64,000 nt of DNA, from assembly GCA_951406725.2 (NCBI GenBank), contig OX597824.1:40486001-40550000 (forward strand), read 5' to 3'. Under the pieces are notes generated by a model. That model saw only the letters and a list, made by a program, of their open reading frames with translations, was not told the DNA's origin and ran no database searches. Shown piece after piece: positions 38,441 to 51,838 of the stretch; position 1 is the first letter of the stretch, and each line of letters begins with the position of its first letter. The translations under genes were made by a program, and so were the position numbers. This DNA is from Octopus vulgaris. Lineage: Eukaryota.

Positions 38441-39856
38441 TTCACAAAGAGATGTTTCTATATACGACCAACATTTCCAACATCTATCAGCAGACGCACC
38501 TAAATAATCAGACTCTGGTGTTTGTTAATTAATAACTCCTCCATACCAATTATGCCCATCTCATAATTACATTCATGTAATATATTTAACTGAAAAAGCA
38601 AAAAAAAAATTTAATGACAACAGTAATTATAATACTATTACTGTTATATTTAAACAAGTTCTATCCCTTTCTCTTTCTCCTTCCCCCTTTTTTTCTCTTT
38701 TTTAAAAAAATTCTTTGGATTTTCTAGGGATTTTTTTTTTTTCAATTTTTTAAGAAATAATTTACATAGGGAAGGAAAACTATTGTTGTTATTGCTGACA
38801 TTTGACATCTTTGTTTTTTGATTCCTTAATGTCCACATAATAGTGTTAATATAAGTTATATTTCCAAATGTCCAAAAGAAAAAAAAAATATATTCCAAAA
38901 TTCAAAAATGGGTTCCTTGGATGGAATTATTAAATGAGTGCCAACATGTTTTAGAAGTCCATCTGGTTAAATTAGAAAAATTTCTTTATGGAAGCACAAA
39001 GTCTTCATATTCACAGAAGTGAGGAAATGGGATTATTATACATTCATACCTTTCTCAGGGATAGATAGGTGGCATTTATCTGCGCCTCAAGGTGATTAGC
39101 AGTGACAATATAAGTGAAATAACTACTCCTGTCAGTTTAACCCCAATATATTACTGCTATAACTCAATGAGAGTTTATCACTGCAGTACATTCCTTGTAA
39201 ATATAATAAAGAAATGAGTGAATACAGGATAATTAACCAGTGTATTATTAACTATTAATTAGACACATTACTAAGCAAAAAAGATTTTCATTTCTTAGAT
39301 GAAAAAGGAAAACTTATATATTAAATGATTTTAGAAATAGCAATTTTAGAATAATTATAATAATGACCTTATTGTATACAATGTTCGGGGGAACTACAAC
39401 TGCTTGGATGCAGGATATTGTAAGATGGCTTATAGTGTTGAATTAGATGGAAGGAAGAATTGGTAAAATTGGTACAGTATTGGTATAAGATAAAAATAGC
39501 TTATAGTACTTGATTGTGTTTTTTTTTTATATTTTATATTTCTGAATTCATGATCCACCCAGGTCAACTTTGATCATCCATCTTTCCGAGATTGATAAAA
39601 ATTAATACCAGACAGGTATTGAGGTTGATATATGATCAACAGTGTCCTTGAAAGTTGTGCCCCAGCATGGCCACAATCTGAAAACTGAAAGAAAGTAGAA
39701 CAAAAGGAAAAGTTAAATAAGTTGAAAATGTTTTTACACCGCCATTAAAATGTTACTTAAAAAACCAGCAATTTTTGTAATTGCAATTTAATTTTAGTAG
39801 TTATTGTTATGATTCTTGTTGATTACCATTTATTCTTTTTTTTTATATTTATCTAA

Positions 39857-40070
39857 CCCTTTCATTAATGTATTTCTCTCAACTACTCTGCCTTGTATCA
39901 ATTAAAATAATTATGTATTTAGTGAAATAACTTAGTCATTACTAAGCTGGTATTTGGAACATAAATTAACATGAAATTTTGATGGAAGGCTTTTAATTTA
40001 GATCTCTTTAAAACAGGATATTTGTATCATAGAACCAGAGTCAGTCTTAGACTGGTTGGTATTGAAAGGG
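39857..40070. mobile_element. piggyBac-like MITE (same family as 50815-51036)
   Basis: ccctttcattaa...tattgaaaggg|ttaa termini; body similar to 36610-36829 and 50815-51036. Confidence 0.7.
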
Positions 40071-43000
40071 TTAACTATTGAATATCAACCAAAATATCAA
40101 ATACTGAGTCTTTCATCTCGTTAAGGGACTGTTCAGATAAATATGCATAATTGCTAACTCATTAAATTGGAGACATTCTCTCCTAAGATTTCCTTAAAAT
40201 AAAATAAAAATTATTATAATTATTATCTTTCTCATCAAGGCAGCATGCTGGCAGAATTGTTAGAGTACCAGAAGTAATGCTTTGTGGTGTTCATTCCAAC
40301 TCTTTACATTCTGAGTTCAAATGCTGCCAAGTACCAGTTAAGCACTGAGTCGATGTACTCAACTTACCATCTCCTCATAAAAAACTGCTGGCCTTGTGCC
40401 AAAATTAGAAAGAAGTAAAGGCAGTGAGGTGGCAGAATTGTTGCCAGATAAAATGCTTTGTGGTTTTTCTTCTAGCATTTTACATTCTGAGTTCAAATTC
40501 TACCAAGGTTGACTTTGTCATTCTTTTGGAGGTGATAAGTAAGTACCAGTGAGTTCTGGGGCCAATGGTAATAATTTACCCGGCTCTCATAAAATTGCAG
40601 GCCTTATGCTAAGATTAGAATTATTATCATTGTGAAGGTCTATCGATGGCTGAATAGAGCAACAGATAAAAATACCATGTGATGCTGTGTAGGATTGCAG
40701 ACAGCAGAATAAAGCAGCAGGTGAAATACCTTGTGGTATTGTGTAGGGCTGTGGGTCGTACAATAGAGCAACAGATGACATTGTGTAGAGCTGTGGTTGG
40801 GCAGTAGTTAGAGCAATAGATAGAATACTGGGTCTTACTTAGTTACATTCTTTTAAGTTCTCAGTTCAAATCACACTGAGACCAACTCTAAGTACTTGAA
40901 CTGCTTTGAGTCCTTCAGCACTCAATATATACCAATACTATATAGTAATCAATTTCATTGATCACCTTTTATCTTTAAAAAAATTTGGCCATTATTATTG
41001 TCTAAGACATTAACACACATAACATATCAGGCTTATATATATATATATATATATATATAAATTCTGTTTCAAGCAGCTTGAAATGGTCGTACTACATCAC
41101 TTCTTAATATTTTATTGCTTATTTTGATTTTATTCACCTTCAAGCTATTCAGATAACACCAGACTGACTTGGTGCTTCAAGTACATAATTCAACTGAATC
41201 TCAATTTTTTCTGTATAAATATATATTTACCGGGCAGTTGATTGGCAGAAGCATATCAGCATTGACCTTGTTGTATTTGCTTGTACCCTTTTATGCTTCA
41301 AGTTCAAATCTCACCAAGGTCAGCTTTGCTTTATATCTTTTTACAGTTGATAAAAATAAAGCACCAATAAAGCTTGGGGCAATTTAATTGATTTACTGCT
41401 CATGACAAAAATATTAGTGGCCTTTACCTATGTTAGGATTTATTATTATTATTACTACTACTACTACTACTACAAATGTCCCATAGAAATTGGCAAGTTG
41501 ACAGTGAGCTGAATCTGTGACCTACTTTCAGTTCTTGATTGAAGTCTAATCACTTATATTACTTACCATTGTTGAGATAAGCATGAATGTTACAACTTCA
41601 CATTTTCCCTGCCTGTGTAAATATTGAGTCCTTGTGCTTCATCAAAAGAAATCTTTTTTTTTTCTTTTTTTGGTTGATGGTTCTTTTTACTCGAGTCGGT
41701 GTGTATCTGCGTTTTACAATAGGTACACCTTATCCCTGTATGCTGTAACTAAAAGAATTAGTGACAGGAAGGGCATCCAACTGTAAAACACTACCTCAAA
41801 AAAGAGGACCATGATGGCAATAATTGAACTGTTATAAGGTCCACAAGGTTAGACCCTACTTTAACTAGGAAAATGACCTTAAAACATTTGTTGATCTTTT
41901 ATTTGAGACAGTTGTTGGGATGGAGTACGTTATAGACTTTCATACTGGACAATTTACCATATCTAATTTTAATAACCCATTGTTTTTAGTTCAGGTCTCT
42001 TGGTGTCATTTAACTAAGTACAAATACTGGAGATCAGTTAAACTGTTTATAACACCTTGCACCCTGCCACTTACAAAAAAATAAAAAAATTAAAAAAATA
42101 ATTCTGGCCTTACTTTAAGCTAAAATAAACCTATATCTTTTCTGGAAGACATGTTGGGTAAATGATAAATTTCTGACCCCTTATTTGTGGATTTGTTTTC
42201 TACAGCAAGCATTGTGCTGTATATTTTGCAAACCACTGGATTCTACTTCTATGAGGTTTCAATGGAGTCTAAAAATGCTGACAGCCAGCTTCAAGATGCC
42301 CTCTGGGCTGTAAACTTCAAGATCAACCTCACCTGGTGGTTGCAGATGCTCTTCCAAAGCACAATCACATAAATAGCAGTTATGAATTATCTCCCTTATC
42401 TCTAACCTCATTTTGATCCTGACTCTTGCCTAGATGTAATCCCTATTTCCTCCTTTCAAATCCTCCATCTGATGCAAACATGACGGTGTAACAACAATGA
42501 CCACCATACACCTGTGTGCAGCAGAGCTGCAAAAACAAGAAAAGAGGAGGAAAAAGATTCTGTGCCTAATTAAGAAATCATTTTGACAATTATTTCTCTG
42601 CTAATTTTATCATAATTGTTCACTGTATGTCGAAGTGTGCAGTGTGGTCCTCAGATAAGAAGAGACCTAATAATTCTAAAATGGATCTGTGAATCAGTCA
42701 CTTGACCAACTAACTGCAAGTTATAGGTCTGCAAAAACAGATCTGAGCAGCAACTATACAACAATAACAACAAGATTTGTTTCCTACCCATTTAACATTG
42801 GGTTGCTCTATACCAACAAACACTGTAGACTGGCTGAGTGTCTGACTAAAACACTGTACAGTTGTATATGCATCTCTTTAAGTCTTGTGTTGACTTTGCC
42901 TGTCAATAAAATAAGTACCAGTCATGTACTGGGGTCACTTCAATCAACTATACTACCCTCCATCCCAACAAAATTGTGGCTCTGTGCCAAGATAGTAGTA

Positions 43001-43602
43001 CCCTACTGAAGTTGGCAGAAACAATGAAACACTAGACTAAATAACACCCTTATATACATATTGCACCAGCAAGGGAACCTCTAAGGAGTTGGTTGACTGT
43101 AGCAAGGGAGCCTCTAAGTACTTGAACTGCTTTGCTAGGAATAACAGGCAAATCTCCCTACCATCTTAAAAAGGAATGCTATCATAAGCAATATTGTCCC
43201 CGATATATATAAAGGAGTGACTGGGTTACCATTTATAATCATAAAGTTAAATAACAATAATACCTTTCAGTAAACTCTTTCGGGAGTTGACTTAGCCCTT
43301 CAACCATCCAGGGACCACAAATATAAGGATTAGTCATGTACTGAGATTGATTCAAGCAACTATATCTTTCCCCTCTTATTATTTTCAATTCATGTCCCTG
43401 TACCAATATTAATGATAACTGGGACATAGCATACCACCAGTTCATGAGCTGAAGCTTTCGACCCTTCGGACTGTGAGCTGGTAGCCCCCTACTCATGTTG
43501 GTTCAGTCAGCTGTGATATTTATAAATAATGTTATAGGGAAACTGATTTTGTGACAAGATACAATAGGAAACAAGTTATAAATTGCATCCCCTGCATTAT
43601 CA

Positions 43603-43832
43603 CTCAACCTGCTAGAAATAGCAACCAAAATCTCCCTTAAATTATACCTTGCCATCTTAAAAAAAAAACAGAAGAATACATTGGATAATATTGTCCTAGA
43701 TGTACAATGCTTAAGAGAAGGATAGTCTGTTCATATAGTCCTTGATACACTATGCCTGAAGTTAAAACAAGACTGTTACAGCATTATGGTTTGAATATCG
43801 TTGACCCAATCAGAAGTGACCTGTGGTTAAAC
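43603..43832 (+). repeat. Dispersed repeat family E (tcaacctgctagaaatagcaaccaaatctccc...gacctgtggttaaac); copies ~13298-13470, 33030-33192, 34235-34412
   Basis: Multiple diverged copies within the window; class not determinable. Confidence 0.65.
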
Positions 43833-44411
43833 AGTGATTAAAACTATATAAAGAAACTTTTGAAAGATTTTTTTGTTGATAAAATGAATATTGATCTTAA
43901 ACCTTATTGGTTCATTATATCATCTTTGAAACATTTGGTTTTGAACGCAGATGCTTGACAGCAAGTCAACCATGAAAGAACTTGACAAAAGTCAAGTCAA
44001 GACTGGAAAAAAAAAAATACCTTCTCTCGGCTACTGATTACAATATGGAATCGGCTGATGCTATAAGGCACAAGTGGGGTGAAAATGGGACAACCAAGTA
44101 TCAAAACTTGGTTGCAAAATTGTATCTTGTATCTTGGATCTCTAAGATGTGGTCACTTTTATATTTTTTTTTAATTAGTTGTTTAAATTTATTATTCAGA
44201 CAAGTTGATGTAACTCATATCTATGTTCTTTATAACATTTTTGCTAAATTTATAAAAGAAAATATAACATTCTTTTTAAATATTAAATTCAATAAAAAGG
44301 GTTAAAAAAAACAAACAAAAAACAACATATTTACCTTAGCTCTTTCTGCAGATGAAATTTTGTATCAATTTTCATGCACAGATATTTATTTATGTATGTC
44401 TCTCTCTCACC

Positions 44412-44468
<57 letters not shown>

Positions 44469-46352
44469 AAAACAAGGATGGCTCATACAAACTATAGTTT
44501 AATTTGAAAGGCACTTTGGTCAACTATACACATCAATTGGTGCATCATCCCTGCATCCCCCACATAAATAACATGAATAAATATCTAGCCGAGTCTACAA
44601 TTAATATTTTTTTAACATGAGGTTGTATTGAGCACATCTATGTGCATTCTGTACAAGAAAATAAACTAAAACTTTATATATATATTATATTACATTATTA
44701 TTATTATTGTTGTTGTTGTTCTTATTTAAGGCAGTGAACTGGCAGAATCGTTAGCATGCTGGGTGAAATGCTTAGCAGTTTTTTATCCATCTTTACGATC
44801 TGAGTTCAAATGCCACCGAAGTCGACTTTACCTTTCATCTTTTTGGGGTCGATAAAGTAAGTACCAGTTGAACACTGGAATCAATATAATTGACTTGACC
44901 CCCTCCAAATTTTGACCTTGTGCCAAAATTTGAAACTATTATTATTATTATTACAACAACAACAGCAGTGAGCTGGCAGAGTTGTTACTGCACTGGACAA
45001 AATGCCTAATAGCATTTATTTCAGCTCTTTATGTTTTGAGCTCAAATCCCACCAAAGTTGACTTTGCCTTTCATTCTTTTAGGATTGAATAAGTATGAGT
45101 CAAGTACTGGAGTCAATGTAATTGACTCACCCTTTCTCCCCGAAATTATTGGCCTTGTGCCAAAATTTGAAAGAATTATTATTATTATTATTATTATTAT
45201 AAATCTACTCTCATACAAGCCAATATATATTACTAAATGGCTTCATGCTGAAGAACCATCTAGTTATGGAGAGGTAAATTAACACCTATTGGACATAACT
45301 GAATGGAAAAAATACATCACTTTCTTTCACTCAGAAATGTGGAAACCAAATGAAAAGCTGACTATACACACACACACACATACACACATGATATGGTTAA
45401 TGTTGTCGATGTTATAATTAATACTGTTAATGTGTTAATACTATTAATTCGCTTAGGAAAAAAAGCCATGGTAATGTCCCTTTTTCTTTTACCAATAAAG
45501 CTATGGCTTCTTGTCTGTGTAAGAAATCCCCTTTTGTATATGTGTGTGCGTGTGTGTACAGGTGTATGTAAGGCTTATATGCTCGTCTCCAGATATAAAC
45601 TTGACATATCTAATATATTATGTAATCTTTTGACATATCCAAAATATATTTCATGTAACTCAATTCCCTTTGCTCTTAAATCAATTTTATAACAAGCAAT
45701 ATTGTACGTATAAACAATCAAGGTACCTCTTGAAACATCTCATGTGCTATATTATATAACATCTCATTTTCTTTAGTACACACACACATAGATAATTCAA
45801 ATGTCACACTTTGTAAACAAAAGTGGAAGGTACCCAATACAAGGTATAGAGTATAGTGTGTATTTAAACTCTTGCTTCAGATTTAAATTCCACACCAGTT
45901 GTTTTTCAGGTGGCCCCTATGTATGTATATACATACATAAATATATATGTGTGTGTGATTGTATGTGTGTGTGTGGTCATGTGATTGTATATGTGTTTGC
46001 TTGCTTGTGTGTGTACTTATGTATATATGTGCACATATGTACATGTGTATATATAAATGAAATGAAAATGAACTTAGAGACATAACTCAGAGTAGCCAGT
46101 GGCATGTATCTGAACAACGAAAAGGAATAAAAAATATATTAAAAAACAAATATAAGATAAATTCTTCGATTTATTGAAATTATCTCTGTTTCCAGGGATA
46201 ATAGACAAACCACTTGGCAGTAATTGGTGCCAACTTTAAAGGACAAGAGAAGATATTCTCAAGAATCTCCAAAATTAATATATCATTAAAGAAGTGTCTG
46301 ATTGAAAACAATATGACAGCTGTGTTAATTTATGTAAGTTAAACTGATTACG

Positions 46353-46600
46353 TGGAGACGCATGGCTTAGTGGTTAGGGTGTCAACATCATGATCGTAAG
46401 ATTGTGGTTTTGATTCCTGGACCTGGCGACACATTGTGTTCTTGAGCAAAACACTTCATTTCACGTTGCTCCAGTCCACTCAGGTGGCAAAAATGAGTAA
46501 TGCTGCGATGGACTGACGTCCAGCAGGGAAACACATACGCCATTGAAACCAGGAAACTGGGCCCATGAGCCTGGCTAGGCTTTAAAAGGGCGCATTTATT
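46353..46600 (+). mobile_element. tRNA-derived SINE (ggagacgcatggcttagtggttaggg head); related copies 20918-21165, 47135-47400
   Basis: A/B-box-like head followed by shared ttgtgttcttgagcaaaacacttcatttcacgttgctccag block. Confidence 0.75.
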
Positions 46601-48277
46601 ATTATTTTATTTAAACTGATTACAGGCTTGAATTATAGCTTTTTTTTTTATCACTAGTACTTCAGTCAATTATATACACAACTGGTGTTAAAAAAAAAAA
46701 GAATATATTTTCTACCCCAAAATAAACGAAACCTATATATACATACATAAATAGAGAGATAGACAGAGGAAGCGGAGTGCAAGTATAAGAGGACAGTGTG
46801 TATGTATAGTTGCTATTTACAATCATGAAATGAAAAGTCAAAATAGAGAATGGAAAAAGAACAAATAAACATAGAAATCCTTTTATTAGCCATGGAGATC
46901 AGACTTGAGCATAGTTTCAGCATATTTAAAGTCTGAAGGCTTTAAATTCCATGGTACTACTCCTCTGGGTGCACCAGTGATATAGGGAGTATTACATAGT
47001 TGATGGACAAATAAGGAGTAGGTGAAAGACAACAACATACAACTGGGATGCCAAATTATGGACAGAAACAATACAGTAACAGAAGATATATTTGGATAGA
47101 TGTGTATACACACACATATACATGAGTGTGTGAAAGCGCATGGCCTTGTGGTTAGGGTGTTGCACTCATGATCACAAGGTCATGGTTTCGATTCTCGGAA
47201 TAGTACATTGTGCTCTTGAGCAAAACTCTTCCTTTCATTGTTATTCAAGTTCACTAAGCTGTAAAATTGGATACCCCTGTGATAGACAGGTATCCCAATA
47301 AGGAATAATATTGGCCTACCTACCTAGCATAGCATTTGAAAGCTACAATGCAAGGAAGCATATTGTGACTAGTGGTATATAACATCTGATAGTCTGGTCA
47401 TGGCACGTAAAAAGCACCATCTGATCGTGGCTGTTGCCAGCCTCACCTGGCTCCCGTACCGGTGGCACGTAAAAAGCACCATCTGATCGTGGCTGTTGCC
47501 AGCCTCACCTGCCCCCCGTACCGGTGGCACGTAAAAAGCACCATCTGATCGTGGCCGTTTGCCAGCCTCGTCTGGCACGTAAAAAGCACCCACTACACTC
47601 ACGGAGTGGTTAGTAGGAAGGGCATCCAGCCGTAGAAACATTGTCAGATCAGACTGGGCCTGGTGCAGCCTTCTGGCTTCCCAGACCCCAGTTGAACCGT
47701 CCAACACATGCTAGCATGGAAAGCGGACGCTAAACGATGATGATGATGATGTATACATACACACACAGGTAAAACATATACAAATTCAGGTTGTAGCCTT
47801 GCAACTGGTAACACATTAAAGCTGGATTTTGAACGGGTTTAAATATATTTCTTATTGTGTGTTCCTTCCCTACACTTACCTTGAATATTTTTTGACACCA
47901 GCTGGTCTTAATGAAAGGACACCTCTAGAGTTTATATATTCATAATAAGGGAGGTTACAAGGTTCAGTTACTAGTCTCTTGCACTGGAAAAGTTAAGGAA
48001 ATGCATTTACAGAGCAAGCTGACTGATTTTTACAGAATTTATATAGAGATTAATAATTAGTCAATCAGCGTATACTTGTGTGTGTGCTTGCTTTGTGGTA
48101 GCTGTTATGGTGACTGTCTCACATGAAATCAATCCTTTCATTGAATAACAAGGGTTCCATAGTACTAGAGTATAATACTTAGTGATGTGATGTTTTAGCA
48201 GATGAGGGAGACTAATGTCTTCAGTCTAACATAGGTAACATCCCCACCAAAAAATCTGAGAGCCACTCATCACTGTT

Positions 48278-48652
48278 TGGTGAAATGAGGCAAATAATAT
48301 GTACTGCACCCAGGTACAATGTGTGTCATACCCAGGTATAAAATGAGGCAAATAATGTGTGTCACACTCAGGCATGAAATAAGGCAAGTATTGTGTGTTG
48401 CACCCAGGTGTGAAGCGAGGTAAAAAAATGTGTTGCACCCAGTTGTGAAATGAGGTAAAAAAATGTGTTACATCCAGGTATGAAATGAGGCAGCTGACAT
48501 GCTGTACCCATATATGAAATGAAGCAAGTATTATGTGTTGCACTTGGGTGTGAAATGAGGCAAGTAACAGGTGTTGCATCCAAGTACAAAATGAAATAAT
48601 GTATTGCATCCAGGTATGAAATGAAGCAATTAACAGGTGTCATACCTGGGCA
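48278..48652. repeat. ~36-40 bp minisatellite (ggtatgaaatgaggcaaataatgtgtgttgcaccca), about 10 units
   Basis: Tandem diverged units; gives the repetitive ORFs 48226-48609 and 48368-48643. Confidence 0.85.
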
Positions 48653-50814
48653 TACAATAATACATGTACAATGAATATGAACTACAAGTTATTACTTAAC
48701 ATTTTTAAGACCTTATTTTTAATTAAATATATTGCCAATTTGTTTCAATTAATTTTCAAAAATAAACAAAGTGTGTACATGACTCTGTGGTTAAGAAGTT
48801 TGCTTCCCAATCTCATGTTTTTTATTTCAGTTCCACTACATGTGGATTTGTTAAGCTGAAACTGAAAGAAGCCCATAAAATCATTCATTCATACATACAT
48901 ATTTTTGTTAATATTTAGCAGAAGTAACAGGTGACTCGTGGCCTGAGTTTCGTGTGTTAGTATTTATGTATATGTGCATATCTCCTTTTCTTGACATTAT
49001 ATGATAGTTGTAACCCTAACCTTTAGGGCACAGAGTCATCATTCATTTCCAATCTTCAATGAAAACAAGTCTGGCCAAGGGGAACTATTATCTTGCTTGT
49101 AAACGGGTGAGGGTTGACAACACGGGGCATTTGGCCAGAGAAAATCTGCCTCTAGAAATTCTATCTGACACATATAATCATGGAAAAGTGGATGTTAAAT
49201 GATGATGAAGAATTTGGAAAGACTATGAAATAACTAACTTTTTTACTATTAAGTCAGGTTTTGAAACACTACTTAACAGAGAAAGGGATTTACATAAAAT
49301 TATGAGGAGAGGTTTTTAACTTAGATGTGAACACTTTAAAGTTAGAGATTTGGCATCAGAAACAGAAATGATCTGAAACATGGTGGTAATGAAAGGGTTC
49401 ATGTTATTTCTAATTTAGGTACAAAGCCAATAATTTTGAGGGGAAGGGTTAAAACTATTGACCCCAGTACCTGGTTGGTACTTTATTTTATTAACCCCAA
49501 AAATGAAAAGACTGAGTTGATCTCAACAACATTTGAACACTTGAATTCTTTTCAAATACCAACATTTTAACATTATCCATTTAGCTGGTTTGCCTCTACA
49601 TCAATAAGGATAATGCTGATTACAAAAATGAATTTAAGAAAAAATAAGTTTAACTATGTAGTTGTAAGTCTTTAATGTTGCACATGAACTTCTGCATCTC
49701 ATCAAACAAGATCTAGCCATACCAATAGTGAGACAATACATTAAAAGTCATTTAACCCTTATTCAAGATGAACTGACATAATCTTTTCTTTGTAGCTGTG
49801 TGGTAAGAAGCTTGCTTCCCAACCACATGGTTCCGGGTTCAGTCCCACTGCATAGCACATTGGGCAAGTGTCTTCTACTATAGCCTCAAGCCAACCAAAG
49901 CCTTGTGAGTGGATTTGGTAGACAGAAACTGAAAGAAGCTTGTCGTTATTTTATCTATCTAGCTATCTATCTATCTATCTGTTGTATTTGTGTGTCTGTG
50001 TTTGTATCCCCACCATCACTTGACAACTGATGTTGGTGTGTTTACATCCCCGAAACTTAGAAGTTCAGCAAAAGAGACCAATAGAATAAGTATTAGGCTT
50101 ACAAAGAATAAGCCCTGTGGTCAATTTGTTCGACTAAAAGTCACGCTCCAGCATGGCTGCAGTCAAACTGACTGAAACAAGTAAAAGAGTATATAAAAAA
50201 TACTGATCTACTTCATATTTAAAAAAAAAGGACTGTCAGAACTTTCTAGAAAATAATAGTATATAGGTAATGGTAATGGTTTATAATCTTATATAGTTTA
50301 CAGCTCATTCTTTAAATTTTAGGAATTAAAAGAATAATTACCATATTGCTCAATTTAGCATTGAAAAAACAACTTATATAGCCATTACAAGGATAGCTGT
50401 GTGGTTATGAAGTTTGCTTCCCAACCACATGGTTTCAGGTTCAGCCCCATTGAGTTACATCCTGGGTGAATGTCTTCTACTATAGCCCCAAGCTGACCAA
50501 AGCCTTGTGAGTAGATTTGGTAGACAGAAACTGAAAAAAGCCATCTACACATGTGTATTAGCTCACTGATTGTAAACAGTGACATTGCTAATGGTGTCAT
50601 TTGCTTCCAATCCACTGCAAAAGCATGTCTTTTTTAACATGCTGCACAATCTTTGAAAAACAAAAGGCTCATTCATGCAGTATTGTTTGTTTCCAGTTCT
50701 TCACATAAGCATGTTCAGATTGTATGTTGTCTGATAGACTGGAAAATTATAACTTCACTTGGAAACACCTGAGGCAACAGAAAGGGTATCAAGCCATAGA
50801 AAGCTCTGCTTTAA

Positions 50815-51036
50815 CCCTTTCGTTACTGTATTTATTTTGAGATGCTCTGTGTTTCTTTCAATTAATTTTAAATATAACAAAGAATTTAGTAAAATAACTT
50901 AGTTATCATTAAGCTACTGTTAGGAACATAAATTGTGACTAAGGTTTGGTGAAATATTTTTATTCAAAATTTATGAAAACAAGACATTTGTACTACAGAG
51001 CCAGAGCCAGTTTCAGCCAGGTTGGTAATGAAAGGG
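50815..51036. mobile_element. piggyBac-like MITE, intact, nested in a SINE
   Basis: TTAA|ccctttcgttac ... gtaatgaaaggg|TTAA; the host repeat continues on both sides. Confidence 0.8.
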
Positions 51037-51402
51037 TTAACATACTTTCATCTGACCCATGAACATGAATAAATTGCTGAAGGCCTACATAACAAATCAA
51101 ATTGCCATTTTGTGAGCAATGCCACAAAAGCAGTGGTTCTCAAAAGATTTTAGCTTAGTTCCCTATTTCAACAAGTAGCATTTTACAAATGCCCCATCCT
51201 TTGTGTTTTCCATATAGTTTCCCTAACAAGATGTAGATCAATCCAAGACTATACATGTTGACATGTAGTGGGATCAAGCCTAGGTCCTTGTGGTTGCAAA
51301 GCAAACCCTGCAACTACTTGACCATGCATGCATCCAACCAACCATCCATCCGTCCATCCATCCATTCATCTAGCCATCCATCCATCCATCCATACATACA
51401 TA

Positions 51403-51838
51403 CCAGTGAAAACGAAAACACCTATGCTGAATTATTGAGAAATCTACAGTTACTCTACTCAGATTACAAGTTCAGGTTTATACCTGTAATTATTGGGGCC
51501 CTGGGATATGTAACACACTGCCTAAATACCAATCTTGAGAAATTAGGCTTCTCAAAACCAGAAAGGAGAAAGCTAATTTGAAGACTACAGATCCAGTCCA
51601 TCACTGGAACTGTAAAAATCTGTAAAACTTTCCAGAAGTTTATCATTTAAGTATATATGAGCATGTCTAGATATGAGAATACATACATAAAACATACATA
51701 CATACATACTATCATACCTACATAAATACCCTGTTATTGATGTTGAAATTCTGATGAAGGAACCTTGGATCTAGGTTAGAAACTGGTTACTTTCTCTATT
51801 GGCAAGAAATCTTAAAATAAACTGAATAATGACTGACA
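51403..51838 (+). mobile_element. 3' end of a restriction-like-endonuclease non-LTR retrotransposon (R4/NeSL-type) plus 3' UTR
   Basis: [36 protein letters not shown]-like segment ending GTVKICKTFQKFII*; PVIIGALG motif; starts within (CATC)n/(CATA)n. Confidence 0.75.

Noticed and set aside
48278-48652. CRISPR-like periodic repeat (also 4870-5130 and 22010-22490)
   Set aside because: Units are contiguous and diverge along their whole length with no unique spacers; no cas genes; eukaryotic context.
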